Of a stretch of DNA of 64,000 bases, positions 56,097 through 64,000 are shown piece after piece. The notes beneath the pieces are model-generated. The model saw nothing but the letters and a program-made list of their open reading frames with translations. It searched no databases and had not been told where the DNA came from. The translations under genes were made by a program, and so were the position numbers. This stretch comes from Acidimicrobiia bacterium (GTDB taxonomy: Bacteria; Actinomycetota; Acidimicrobiia; Acidimicrobiales; JANYDT01). The DNA lies in the NCBI GenBank assembly GCA_031423635.1, contig JANPFX010000077.1, positions 6,344-70,343 on the forward strand, in the 5' to 3' direction. How positions within the stretch are numbered: position 1 is the stretch's first letter; each line of letters starts with the position of its first letter.

Positions 56097-57281
56097 ATGC
56101 CTGGATCCGTCATCGTCGCCGGTGCCCGCACCCCCATCGGCAAACTGGCCGGCGCGTTCGCCGGACTCTCCGCCACCGATCTCGGTGGCCACGCCATCGC
56201 CGCCGCCCTCGCTCGGGCGGGCATCACCGGCGATCAGGTCGACCACGTGATCATGGGCCAGGTGCTCCTTGCCGGCGCCGGACAGATACCGGCGCGGCAG
56301 GCGGCGGTCAAGGGTGGGATCCCGATGAGCGTCCCGTCGACGGTGATCAACAAGGTGTGCCTGTCGGGCCTCAACGCCATCATCGAGGCCGACCGGATGA
56401 TCGCCGTCGGCGACGCCGACATCGTGGTGGCCGGCGGCATGGAGTCGATGACCAACGCGCCGTACCTCTTGCCCGACGCTCGCGCCGGGATGCGCATCGG
56501 TGACAAGTCGATCATCGACTCGATGATGTTCGACGGGCTGACGTGCGCGTTCGACAACGTGGCGATGGGACTCGGGACGGAGCGCTACGGCAAAGCCGAG
56601 GGGATGCAGCGCGAAGCCCAGGATGTGTTCGCCGCGCAGTCCCACGAACGAGCTGCAGCTGCGATCAAGGACGGTCGCTTCGCCGACGAGATCATCGCCG
56701 TGTCGATCCCGCAGCGAAAGGGCGATCCGCTGCTCGTCGAGACCGACGAGGGGGTGCGACCGGGCACCACGGTCGAGTCGCTGGCCAGCCTGCGGGCGAG
56801 CTTCGAGGCCGGTGGCACCATCACCGCGGGAAACGCGTCGCAGATCAGCGATGGGGGCTCCGCCGTCGTGGTGATGTCACGGGCCGCCGCCGAACGCCTG
56901 GGTGTTGCGCCGCTTGGCGAGGTCGTGAGCTACGGGATGGTGGCCGGACCCAATGCTTCGCTGCTCCACCAGCCGTCGCAGGCGATTCTCGCCGCCCTTG
57001 CCCGCGTGTCGATGGGTGTTGGCGACGTCGACCTGTTCGAGATGAACGAGGCGTTCGCTTCCGTCGCGTTGGCATCGATGGCCGATCTTGGAGTTACCGA
57101 TGCCGTCGTGAACGTCAACGGCGGCGCGATTGCGCTCGGCCATCCGATCGGTGCTTCGGGCAACCGTCTGGCCCTCACACTGCTCCACGAACTGCGTCGT
57201 CGGGGCGGCGGTGTCGGCGCCGCGGCGCTGTGTGGCGGCGGTGGGCAGGGCGACGCGCTCGTCGTCCGCGCTTTCGCCTGA
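56097..57281 (+). CDS. acetyl-CoA C-acetyltransferase (thiolase II)
   Basis: INKVCLSGLNAI (active-site Cys), NVNGGAIALGHPIGASG and CGGGGQG. ATG follows GAGGAG. Confidence 0.9.
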   Translation: MPGSVIVAGARTPIGKLAGAFAGLSATDLGGHAIAAALARAGITGDQVDHVIMGQVLLAGAGQIPARQAAVKGGIPMSVPSTVINKVCLSGLNAIIEADRMIAVGDADIVVAGGMESMTNAPYLLPDARAGMRIGDKSIIDSMMFDGLTCAFDNVAMGLGTERYGKAEGMQREAQDVFAAQSHERAAAAIKDGRFADEIIAVSIPQRKGDPLLVETDEGVRPGTTVESLASLRASFEAGGTITAGNASQISDGGSAVVVMSRAAAERLGVAPLGEVVSYGMVAGPNASLLHQPSQAILAALARVSMGVGDVDLFEMNEAFASVALASMADLGVTDAVVNVNGGAIALGHPIGASGNRLALTLLHELRRRGGGVGAAALCGGGGQGDALVVRAFA

Positions 57282-57387
57282 CGGCGCTCGGCGTGGCGGA
57301 TTGCGTCGGTCGGGTGAAGCTGGCCGAAACACAACCGTAACGTCAGGTCAACACCGACGAAATCGCGTGGGCCTACGGTCAACGCCC

Positions 57388-57633
57388 ATGCCTGTCGACG
57401 ACGCTCTCGACGTTCCTGCCGACTTCGGTGATCGCGAAGTCGCGCTCCTCGACACGCTGCGCTCGTGCGGCTCACGCGTCGTCACCCGGCGGGAGTTGGC
57501 CAGGGCGGCCGGGCTGCGCGAGCACCCCCGCCGTGTCGACGTGCATCTCGTGAACGTCCGGCGTTCGCTGACGACGGAGGAGCTCGTCAACGTACGCGGC
57601 CGCGGCTGGATGCTCGTGCCGGTCGGTACCTGA
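57388..57633 (+). CDS. stand-alone winged-helix (OmpR/PhoB C-terminal-like) DNA-binding protein
   Basis: 81 aa: REVALLDTLRSCGSRVVTRRELARAAG...RVDVHLVNVRRSL...VNVRGRGWMLV. It ends 16 nt before the next gene. Confidence 0.5.
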   Translation: MPVDDALDVPADFGDREVALLDTLRSCGSRVVTRRELARAAGLREHPRRVDVHLVNVRRSLTTEELVNVRGRGWMLVPVGT

Positions 57634-57649
57634 TGGTTCGCGCCGCGCC

Positions 57650-60433
57650 ATGAGCCGGATCTTTCTCGACATCCTCGTCGTCCTCGTCGCCGCGAAGCTC
57701 GCCGCCGAGGTCGCCGAGCGCATCGGGATTCCTGCTGTGGTCGGCGAGATCCTGGCCGGGATCGTCATCGGACCGTCGGTCCTGGGGTTCATCGCCACTG
57801 GGGAGGGTTCGTCGGCCGAGGTGCTCCTCACGCTTGGCGAGATCGGCGTGATCCTGCTGTTGCTCGAAGTCGGGATGCAGATGGACCTGCGCGAACTCGG
57901 CGCTGTTGGACGTGCCGCGCTCACCGTCGCCGTCATCGGTGTAGTTGTTCCCATGGCCGGTGGTGTCGGGGTCGGTCATCTCCTCGGGCTCACGTCGAAC
58001 GAAGCGCTGTTCGTCGGATCAGCCCTGGCGGCGACATCGGTGGGCATCACCGCTCGGGTGTTCGGTGATCTCCGTGCGCTGGCCACGATCGAGGCCCGGA
58101 CGGTGCTGGGGGCGGCCGTAGCCGACGACGTGATCGGCTTGATCATCTTGACGGTCGTTGTGCGCATCACCTCTGGTGAGGGTTCGTTCTCGTTCGGCAG
58201 TCTGATCGGCATCGTCGTCGTGGCGCTCGGGTTCCTGTTCTTGGCGACCCTCATCGGCACGCTGACCGTGCCTCGGCTGTTCGCCCAGATCGAACGACTT
58301 TCGCGCTCCAGCGGAACCCTGGTCGCTCTGGCCCTCGCGTTCACTCTGGGCATCGCCGAGTTGGCGACGCTCGCAAAGCTGGCCCCCATCGTCGGTGCCT
58401 TCGTGGCCGGTCTCGTTCTCGGACGCAGTTCGGTGTCGACGCGCGTGCAGAAGGAACTCACGTCCGTCGGTCATCTGTTCATCCCCGTGTTCTTCCTCCA
58501 GATCGGCATCAACACCGATGTCGAGCAGTTCGTCAAGCCGTCGGTGATCGGACTTGCGGCGGCAATGATCGCCGTGGCGGTGGTCGGCAAGGTTGTCGCC
58601 GGTATCGGGGCGACCGGTACGCCCGCCGACCGACTCCTCATCGGCATGGGCATGATCCCGCGGGGTGAAGTCGGCCTGATCTTCGCCAGCATCGGGCTCC
58701 GCGAAGGCGTTCTCACGGGCGACGTCTACGCCGCCGTTCTGGCGATGGTGCTCGTGACCACGCTGATCACCCCTCCGCTGTTGAGCGCTCGGGTTCGCAG
58801 AACGCAGCGGGTGTTGGCGCTTTCACCGGACACGCCCACGCCCCGACCCGAGGGTGGCTGGCTGAAGGTCGAGACGCCGGTCCGAGGTCGGGCGACGGTC
58901 ACTCTTGCCGCGCAACCACCGCGCAGCCAAGCGCTCGTGATCGCCCTCGATGCGTCGCTCATGGTGGACGACGCCGATGCCTCCGTGGCATTGACGACCT
59001 ACCTTGTCGAGGCAACAGGTGGCGCCGAGGCGACCCGGTGGGACGCTGATTCGACGGCGGCGCTGATGTCGGTCATTCGGGGCGGTTCGGTTCGGGCGTG
59101 GCGCTTCCTCGAGTCGACCGCTGTCCTTGACCGGGCGTTGCCGGAACTGGGGGCGGCGATGACCCGGCGTCGGCGGGACCCGTCCCTGCTCGATCCCTCG
59201 GGTGTTCACCACGGGGTGCTCCTCGAACGGTGTCGTCGCCTGGTTGCCGGAACGGCCCACGACTTCGTTGACGACGAACGGGCGACAACCGAGGCACGTC
59301 ACTTGTTGTATCCGGATCGACTTCTCCTCGGCGCGTACCTCGTCGACATGTTCGGCCAGCATTCGACGAACGCGGCGGAGGCCCGAGCGGTGCTCGATCG
59401 GCTCACCATCGACGAGGCCGACCGTACGGCGGTTGCCGCGCTCGTGGCCGATCGTGAGCTCATGCGCGCCGCCGCGCTTCGTGCCGATGGTCTCCACGAA
59501 GACTCTGTGCTCCGCATTGCGGCTCACCTCGGGTCGCCCGAGCAGGCTCGTGCGCTCTACGTGCTGAGCGTTGCCATCGACGAGTTGGAGACGTGGGAAT
59601 CGAGCCTGCTGACCGAACTCCATCGTCTCGTGCTCGCATCACTCGACGGACCGACCTTCTCCGGTGCCGACGCGCTCACATTGCTCGATCGGACCCGCGA
59701 CCGGGCACTTGCGTTGGTCGGGGATTCGTCGCTTCTGCGTGATCGCGTGGCGGCGGCGCCTCTCGCCTACCTTCTCTCCGAGGAACCGGCGGCCGTGGCC
59801 CGTCACGTCCGACTGCTCGAACCGTTCCCGCCACGTGCGTCGTTTCGAGTCGCGGTCACCGCCGAGTCCGGGTCGGTATGGCGGGTGGAGATCGGTGCTC
59901 GCGACCAACTCGGCCTTCTCGCCCTCGTGACCGGGGTGCTCGAACGCGCTCAACTCGACGTCGTCGACGCTGTTCTGGCGACGTGGGGTGATGGTGGAGC
60001 GCTCCAGGCGTTCCGGGTTCGCACGGGGGTCATCGGCGTTGCTCCGGACCCTGAAGCGCTTCTTGTCGCCCTCGCCCATGCTCAGCATCAGCCGCTGGTT
60101 GCCGCCTCGGTGAGCGACGCGGTCGTGTCATTCGACGATCTCGGCTCACCGTGGCACTCGATCGCCGAGGTTCGTGCCACGGACCGCCGCGGGCTCCTCC
60201 ACGCGTTGGCCGTGGCGTTCGCGGCGGCGGGAGCCGACGTTCACTCGGCCCGGATCACCACGAACGATTCGATGGCGCTCGACCGCTTCGACCTCACCGA
60301 TCGCACGGGACGAAAGCTCGACGACGAGACCAAGGCGGCGATCCGCCTCGCTCTGGCAAACGGTGTCGAAGCGCGATCGATGTCGCGCCGCCTCCCCTGG
60401 CGCACGAACACCGTAGGAACCATCCGCAAATAG
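57650..60433 (+). CDS. fusion protein: Kef/CPA2-type cation:proton antiporter (N-terminal ~390 aa) + GlnD-like C-terminal half (degenerate HD region + two ACT domains)
   Basis: The N-terminus MSRIFLDILVVLVAAKLAAEVAERIGIPAVVGEILAGIVIGPSVLG is followed by about 12 hydrophobic helices. The C-terminal half has RFLESTAVLDRALPELG (GlnD-like) and ACT-like blocks VEIGARDQLGLLALVTGVL and VRATDRRGLLHALAVAFAAAGADVHSARITT. Confidence 0.7.
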   Translation: MSRIFLDILVVLVAAKLAAEVAERIGIPAVVGEILAGIVIGPSVLGFIATGEGSSAEVLLTLGEIGVILLLLEVGMQMDLRELGAVGRAALTVAVIGVVVPMAGGVGVGHLLGLTSNEALFVGSALAATSVGITARVFGDLRALATIEARTVLGAAVADDVIGLIILTVVVRITSGEGSFSFGSLIGIVVVALGFLFLATLIGTLTVPRLFAQIERLSRSSGTLVALALAFTLGIAELATLAKLAPIVGAFVAGLVLGRSSVSTRVQKELTSVGHLFIPVFFLQIGINTDVEQFVKPSVIGLAAAMIAVAVVGKVVAGIGATGTPADRLLIGMGMIPRGEVGLIFASIGLREGVLTGDVYAAVLAMVLVTTLITPPLLSARVRRTQRVLALSPDTPTPRPEGGWLKVETPVRGRATVTLAAQPPRSQALVIALDASLMVDDADASVALTTYLVEATGGAEATRWDADSTAALMSVIRGGSVRAWRFLESTAVLDRALPELGAAMTRRRRDPSLLDPSGVHHGVLLERCRRLVAGTAHDFVDDERATTEARHLLYPDRLLLGAYLVDMFGQHSTNAAEARAVLDRLTIDEADRTAVAALVADRELMRAAALRADGLHEDSVLRIAAHLGSPEQARALYVLSVAIDELETWESSLLTELHRLVLASLDGPTFSGADALTLLDRTRDRALALVGDSSLLRDRVAAAPLAYLLSEEPAAVARHVRLLEPFPPRASFRVAVTAESGSVWRVEIGARDQLGLLALVTGVLERAQLDVVDAVLATWGDGGALQAFRVRTGVIGVAPDPEALLVALAHAQHQPLVAASVSDAVVSFDDLGSPWHSIAEVRATDRRGLLHALAVAFAAAGADVHSARITTNDSMALDRFDLTDRTGRKLDDETKAAIRLALANGVEARSMSRRLPWRTNTVGTIRK

Positions 60434-60678
60434 CCAGTTAGCCAGCAGCGAACGGCGTCGAGCGGAATGCACTGCTCGGGTGCTCCGTCACGATCACCCC
60501 GCGACCGTTCCGGGGTCCTGTCACCGATCCTCCCCACCCACTCCGGTACTCGCCCGTTGTTCTCCTCCGTCGAACCGGGTCTCCGTTCCTCGGAGTGGGG
60601 CCCCATCGGCGCCACCCCTCCACTCCTTGTTTGCCGGTGCCTTCTTGTCCCCTTGATGGATGACTGCTCCAGATCGGT

Positions 60679-60735
60679 TGAACACCGGTGAAACAACACG
60701 TTCACATACGAACGCGGTTGCAACAAGCACGAAAC
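60679..60735 (+). promoter_or_regulatory. candidate GlnR-type operator upstream of amt
   Basis: TGAAC-n6-GAAAC-n6-TTCAC at 60679-60705 and GCAAC-n6-GAAAC at 60720-60735. The 11-bp phasing resembles the actinobacterial gTnAc-n6-GaAAc GlnR box. The site lies 128-184 nt upstream of the start. Confidence 0.35.
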
Positions 60736-60862
60736 ACTTCGGAGACGGCGGAGAAATCCCGCCCTCGTAGGTTGCGCTCCGTCATTCATCACATCGTCCC
60801 CGCCCGACCGCAGGACGATGTCACTACCGCCGGACCGCCATATCCGGAAAAGAGGAGGAACC

Positions 60863-62344
60863 GTGCGGCATCCACTGCGCAAACTCGCGGGCCTGACCGT
60901 CGGTGCGCTTACGACTTCGTTGCTCATCGCCGGTCCGGCGTTCGCCGGCAAGGCGGTGGCCGAAGGGAAGCCCGAGGCGGCGACGGCTACGTCACTCAAC
61001 CTGTTGTGGATCATCTTGGGCGCCACGCTCGTGATCTTCATGCAGGCCGGATTCGCGCTCGTCGAGACCGGTCTGTGCCGGGCCAAGCACGCCGCTCACG
61101 TCGTGTCGACGAACTTCGCCATCTTCGGCCTCGGCTTCGTCGGCTTCTTCATCATCGGCTTCCCGTTGATGTTCGGCGGCTACTCGTTTGCCGGAGTGTT
61201 CGGAATGGACAAGGCGATCGGCTCGAGTCTCATCGGTTCGGGTGACTGGGTCTTCCTGTACAAGGCACCTTTGGCGCTCTCAGGCAAGGGTTACGACGTC
61301 AGTGTCGTTGCGTTCTTCCTCTACATGGTCGCCTTCATGGACACCACGGCGACCATCCCGACCGGCTCGATGGCCGAGCGGTGGAAGTGGAAGAGCTTCG
61401 TCGTGTGGGGTCTGTTCTGCGGTTCCATCTACTACCCGGTCTTCGGTGCCTGGACGTGGGGCGGCGGCTGGCTGTCGCAGTTGGGCGACTCGCTCAAGCT
61501 CGGTCATGGCTATGTCGACTTCGCCGGATCCGGTGTGGTGCATGCCGTCGGCGGCATGGCCGCTCTTGCCGGTGCGATCGTCCTCGGTCCCCGTATCGGC
61601 AAGTTCGGTCCCGACGGCAAGCCGAGGTCGCTTCCCGGCCACCATCTTCCAATGGCCATGCTCGGCACCTTCATCCTGCTGTTCGGATGGTTCGGGTTCA
61701 ACGCGGCTTCCACGTTCTCGGCGATGGACAACCGCTTCACCATCGCTGCGGTGAACACGGCCATAGCTGCCGCCTTCGGCGCCGTTGCCGCCATGTACCT
61801 GGTGTCCTACACCGGGGCCAAGAAGCCTGATCCGAGCGCCATGATCAACGGCATGCTCGCGGGTCTTGTCGCCATCACCGCACCGTGCGCCTTCATCGCA
61901 CCGTGGGCTGCCGCCGTGATCGGCGTCACTGCTGCAGTGATCGTGACCTACGCGGGTCGGTTCATCGAGTCCCGCGGCATCGACGACCCGGTCGGGGCCA
62001 TCGCCGTCCACGGTGTGGGCGGTCTGTACGGAGTCATCTGCGTCGGCCTCTTCGCCGACGGCACCTACGGCAACGCCTGGAACGCCCTCGATCGCCAGTG
62101 GACGAAGGACAACGGCGTCACCGGTCTCTTCTACGGAGGCGAAGGCTTCAAGCAGTTGCTCGCCCAGCTCATCGGCTGCGGCGTCCTCGTCACGGTGATC
62201 TTCGGGATGGCGTTCGCCTTCTTCACGATCCAGAACAAGGTCACCAAGGGCGGCATCCGCTCGTCCGAAGCAGACGAGCTCGAGGGCCTGGACATCCCGG
62301 AGATGGGAACCCACGCCTATCCCGACTTCGCGCTGGTGAAGTAA
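60863..62344 (+). CDS. amt: ammonium transporter (Amt family)
   Basis: GTG 60863 follows GAGGAGGA. Signal peptide, then LVIFMQAGFALVETG, DFAGSGVVH and AIAVHGVGGLYG signatures. Confidence 0.9.
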   Translation: MRHPLRKLAGLTVGALTTSLLIAGPAFAGKAVAEGKPEAATATSLNLLWIILGATLVIFMQAGFALVETGLCRAKHAAHVVSTNFAIFGLGFVGFFIIGFPLMFGGYSFAGVFGMDKAIGSSLIGSGDWVFLYKAPLALSGKGYDVSVVAFFLYMVAFMDTTATIPTGSMAERWKWKSFVVWGLFCGSIYYPVFGAWTWGGGWLSQLGDSLKLGHGYVDFAGSGVVHAVGGMAALAGAIVLGPRIGKFGPDGKPRSLPGHHLPMAMLGTFILLFGWFGFNAASTFSAMDNRFTIAAVNTAIAAAFGAVAAMYLVSYTGAKKPDPSAMINGMLAGLVAITAPCAFIAPWAAAVIGVTAAVIVTYAGRFIESRGIDDPVGAIAVHGVGGLYGVICVGLFADGTYGNAWNALDRQWTKDNGVTGLFYGGEGFKQLLAQLIGCGVLVTVIFGMAFAFFTIQNKVTKGGIRSSEADELEGLDIPEMGTHAYPDFALVK

Positions 62345-62365
62345 GCGCACCTAGGAACTTCGCAG

Positions 62366-62397
62366 AAAGGCCGGGGTCCGACGGGCCCCGGCCTTTT
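62366..62397 (+). terminator. intrinsic terminator after amt
   Basis: AAAGGCCGGGG-TCCGACGGG-CCCCGGCCTTTT: an 11-bp GC-rich stem followed by a T-run, 22 nt after the stop. Confidence 0.75.
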
Positions 62398-62453
62398 CGC
62401 GTCGACGCACGACGTCGAAGTATCGTCTGCGGCCACACCGTGAGGAGACCCGA

Positions 62454-63299
62454 ATGAAGCTGGCCACGATTCGCACGAGTTCCGGGACCAGCGCAGTGGT
62501 GGTGGTCGGCGCAGATCTTGTCGAGATACACGGTGCTGACGATGTCGGCGAACTGCTTCGGGACCCGGCCTGGCGGGCCCGAGCCGTCTCTGCGAAGGGA
62601 ACGCGACATCTCGTCGCAGGTGCCGACTTCGCCCCGCTCGTGGTGAAACCGGACAAGGTCTTCTGTGTCGGTCTCAACTACCGCAGCCACATCGAGGAGA
62701 TGGGCAACGTGGTGCCCGAGTTCCCCACCCTCTTCGCCAAGTTCACCGACTCGCTCATCGGAGCGAACGATTCCATTGCTCTTCCGGTGGAATCGGAGAA
62801 GGTCGACTGGGAGGTCGAGCTCGGCGTGGTCATCGGGCGAACCGTTCGCCGGGCCACGGCCGTTGACGCTCGTGCAGCCATTGCCGGGTACACCGTCGTC
62901 AACGACATCTCGATGCGGGACTGGCAGCGCCGTACGGTCGAGTTCCTCCAGGGGAAGACCTTCGAACACTCCACCCCGGTCGGCCCCTACCTGCTCGTCG
63001 CCGACGACGACGCCCCGGTTCCGACCTTCGATCTGCGGTGCTCGGTCGACGGGGTCGTCAAGCAGTCCTCCAACACATCCGATCTCGTCTTCGATCCCGT
63101 CGCGCTCGTCCAGTACTGCTCCACGATCATCACGCTGCGCCCGGGCGACGTGATCGCCACCGGGACGCCCGGGGGAGTTGGCGCCGCCCGGACGCCTCCG
63201 GAGTTCCTCCGTCCCGGTGCGGTGGTGCTCACGGAGATCGACGGCATCGGTGCGTGTCGGAACGTGTGCGTCGCCGATCCGGCCTCGCCATCGGACTGA
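62454..63299 (+). CDS. fumarylacetoacetate hydrolase (FAH) family protein
   Basis: KVFCVGLNYRSH, DWEVELGVVIG, NDISMRDWQ and GDVIATGTPGGVG segments. Confidence 0.85.
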   Translation: MKLATIRTSSGTSAVVVVGADLVEIHGADDVGELLRDPAWRARAVSAKGTRHLVAGADFAPLVVKPDKVFCVGLNYRSHIEEMGNVVPEFPTLFAKFTDSLIGANDSIALPVESEKVDWEVELGVVIGRTVRRATAVDARAAIAGYTVVNDISMRDWQRRTVEFLQGKTFEHSTPVGPYLLVADDDAPVPTFDLRCSVDGVVKQSSNTSDLVFDPVALVQYCSTIITLRPGDVIATGTPGGVGAARTPPEFLRPGAVVLTEIDGIGACRNVCVADPASPSD

Positions 63300-63321
63300 C
63301 GCCTGTAGTAGATCAAAGGGG

Positions 63322-64000
63322 ATGCCCGACGCGTCACTCCCCGCCCACGAGCACATCTTCGACCTGTCGGCGCGGGTGATCGACGAACGGATCACCTCGG
63401 TGAAGGTCAATCGAGTCACGTTGGAGCTCTCCGAGCTCGGCGACGGGCTTGCTCTCGTGGAGGCGTTCTCCCACGTCTACGCCGTCGCCACCGACGCCGG
63501 AATCGTGTGCTTCGACACGAGCGGCCGGCGCGCGGGCCCGCCTGCGGTCGCCGCGCTGCGAGCCTGGAACCAGTCGCCGTTCTCGACGCTCGTCTACACC
63601 CACGGACACGTCGACCACGTCGGTGGGTCCGGCGCGTTTGCTGCCGATGCGGCGGATCGAGGCGACCCCACGCCGGAGGTGATCGGGCATTCGCGGGTCG
63701 GTGCGCGCTTCGAGCGCTACCGGTTGACCAACGGATACAACTCCCAGATCAATGCCCGCCAATTCGGTGGCCGTCCGTCGGGAGACTTCCTCGACCCCAG
63801 TGTGCTGGCCCCGACGCGCGTGGTCGAGTCCCACACCGAGCTCACGGTGGGCTCGTATCCGTTCGCCCTCCATCATGCGCTCGGCGAGACCGACGACCAC
63901 CTGTGGACCTGGGATCCTTCGCGAAGGGCCATCTTCTCCGGTGACCTCATGACGTGGGCGTTCCCGAACGCCGGCAATCCGCAGAAGGTGCAGCGATTCC
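63322..64000 (+). CDS. MBL-fold metallo-hydrolase (3' end outside window)
   Basis: ATG 63322 follows AAAGGGG. The frame is open to the window end. HxHxDH motif YTHGHVDHVGG. It is not in the ORF track because no stop is reached. Confidence 0.65.
   Translation, partial: MPDASLPAHEHIFDLSARVIDERITSVKVNRVTLELSELGDGLALVEAFSHVYAVATDAGIVCFDTSGRRAGPPAVAALRAWNQSPFSTLVYTHGHVDHVGGSGAFAADAADRGDPTPEVIGHSRVGARFERYRLTNGYNSQINARQFGGRPSGDFLDPSVLAPTRVVESHTELTVGSYPFALHHALGETDDHLWTWDPSRRAIFSGDLMTWAFPNAGNPQKVQRF

Overview
The window is a high-GC, actinobacterial-type chromosomal segment. It is densely packed with about 55 protein-coding genes and looks mostly like core or accessory metabolism. I saw no rRNA, tRNA, CRISPR array, transposase, integrase or prophage.

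Content from left to right:
- 0.3-14.3 kb: a nucleoside/deoxynucleoside salvage supercluster. It holds deoC, a phospho-sugar mutase, add, a RidA-like gene, a nucleoside hydrolase, cdd and a BMP-type ABC importer. An orphan beta-class DNA methyltransferase sits inside it.
- 14.6-20 kb: a methyltransferase, a CrtU-like FAD desaturase, an amylosucrase and a Rieske protein.
- 20-23 kb: a secreted S51-like / PQQ-dehydrogenase / lactonase operon.
- Scattered: ethylmalonyl-CoA and short-chain acyl-CoA genes. These are hbd, a MeaA/Ecm-type mutase, a crotonase, pccB plus an epsilon subunit, an epimerase, ccr and a thiolase.
- Also present: a zinc-ribbon/cyclase/STAND regulator, a vapBC pair, two c-di-GMP proteins, an S8 protease, and an ammonium transporter locus.

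Most interesting observations:
1. A modular intergenic repeat family that I do not recognise occurs at four loci. Each copy combines a 17-nt box, a GC-clamped palindrome, a long hairpin and 0-2 copies of an ~83-bp unit.
2. A single ORF fuses a Kef/CPA2-type antiporter to a GlnD-like, NTase-less sensor half with two ACT domains. It lies directly upstream of a stand-alone amt gene that has no glnK.
3. The MeaA/Ecm-type mutase is interrupted by an in-frame TAG, although ccr is intact.
4. The orphan methyltransferase carries an uncharacterised C-terminal domain.

All calls come from reading the sequence and the ORF track. No database search was run.
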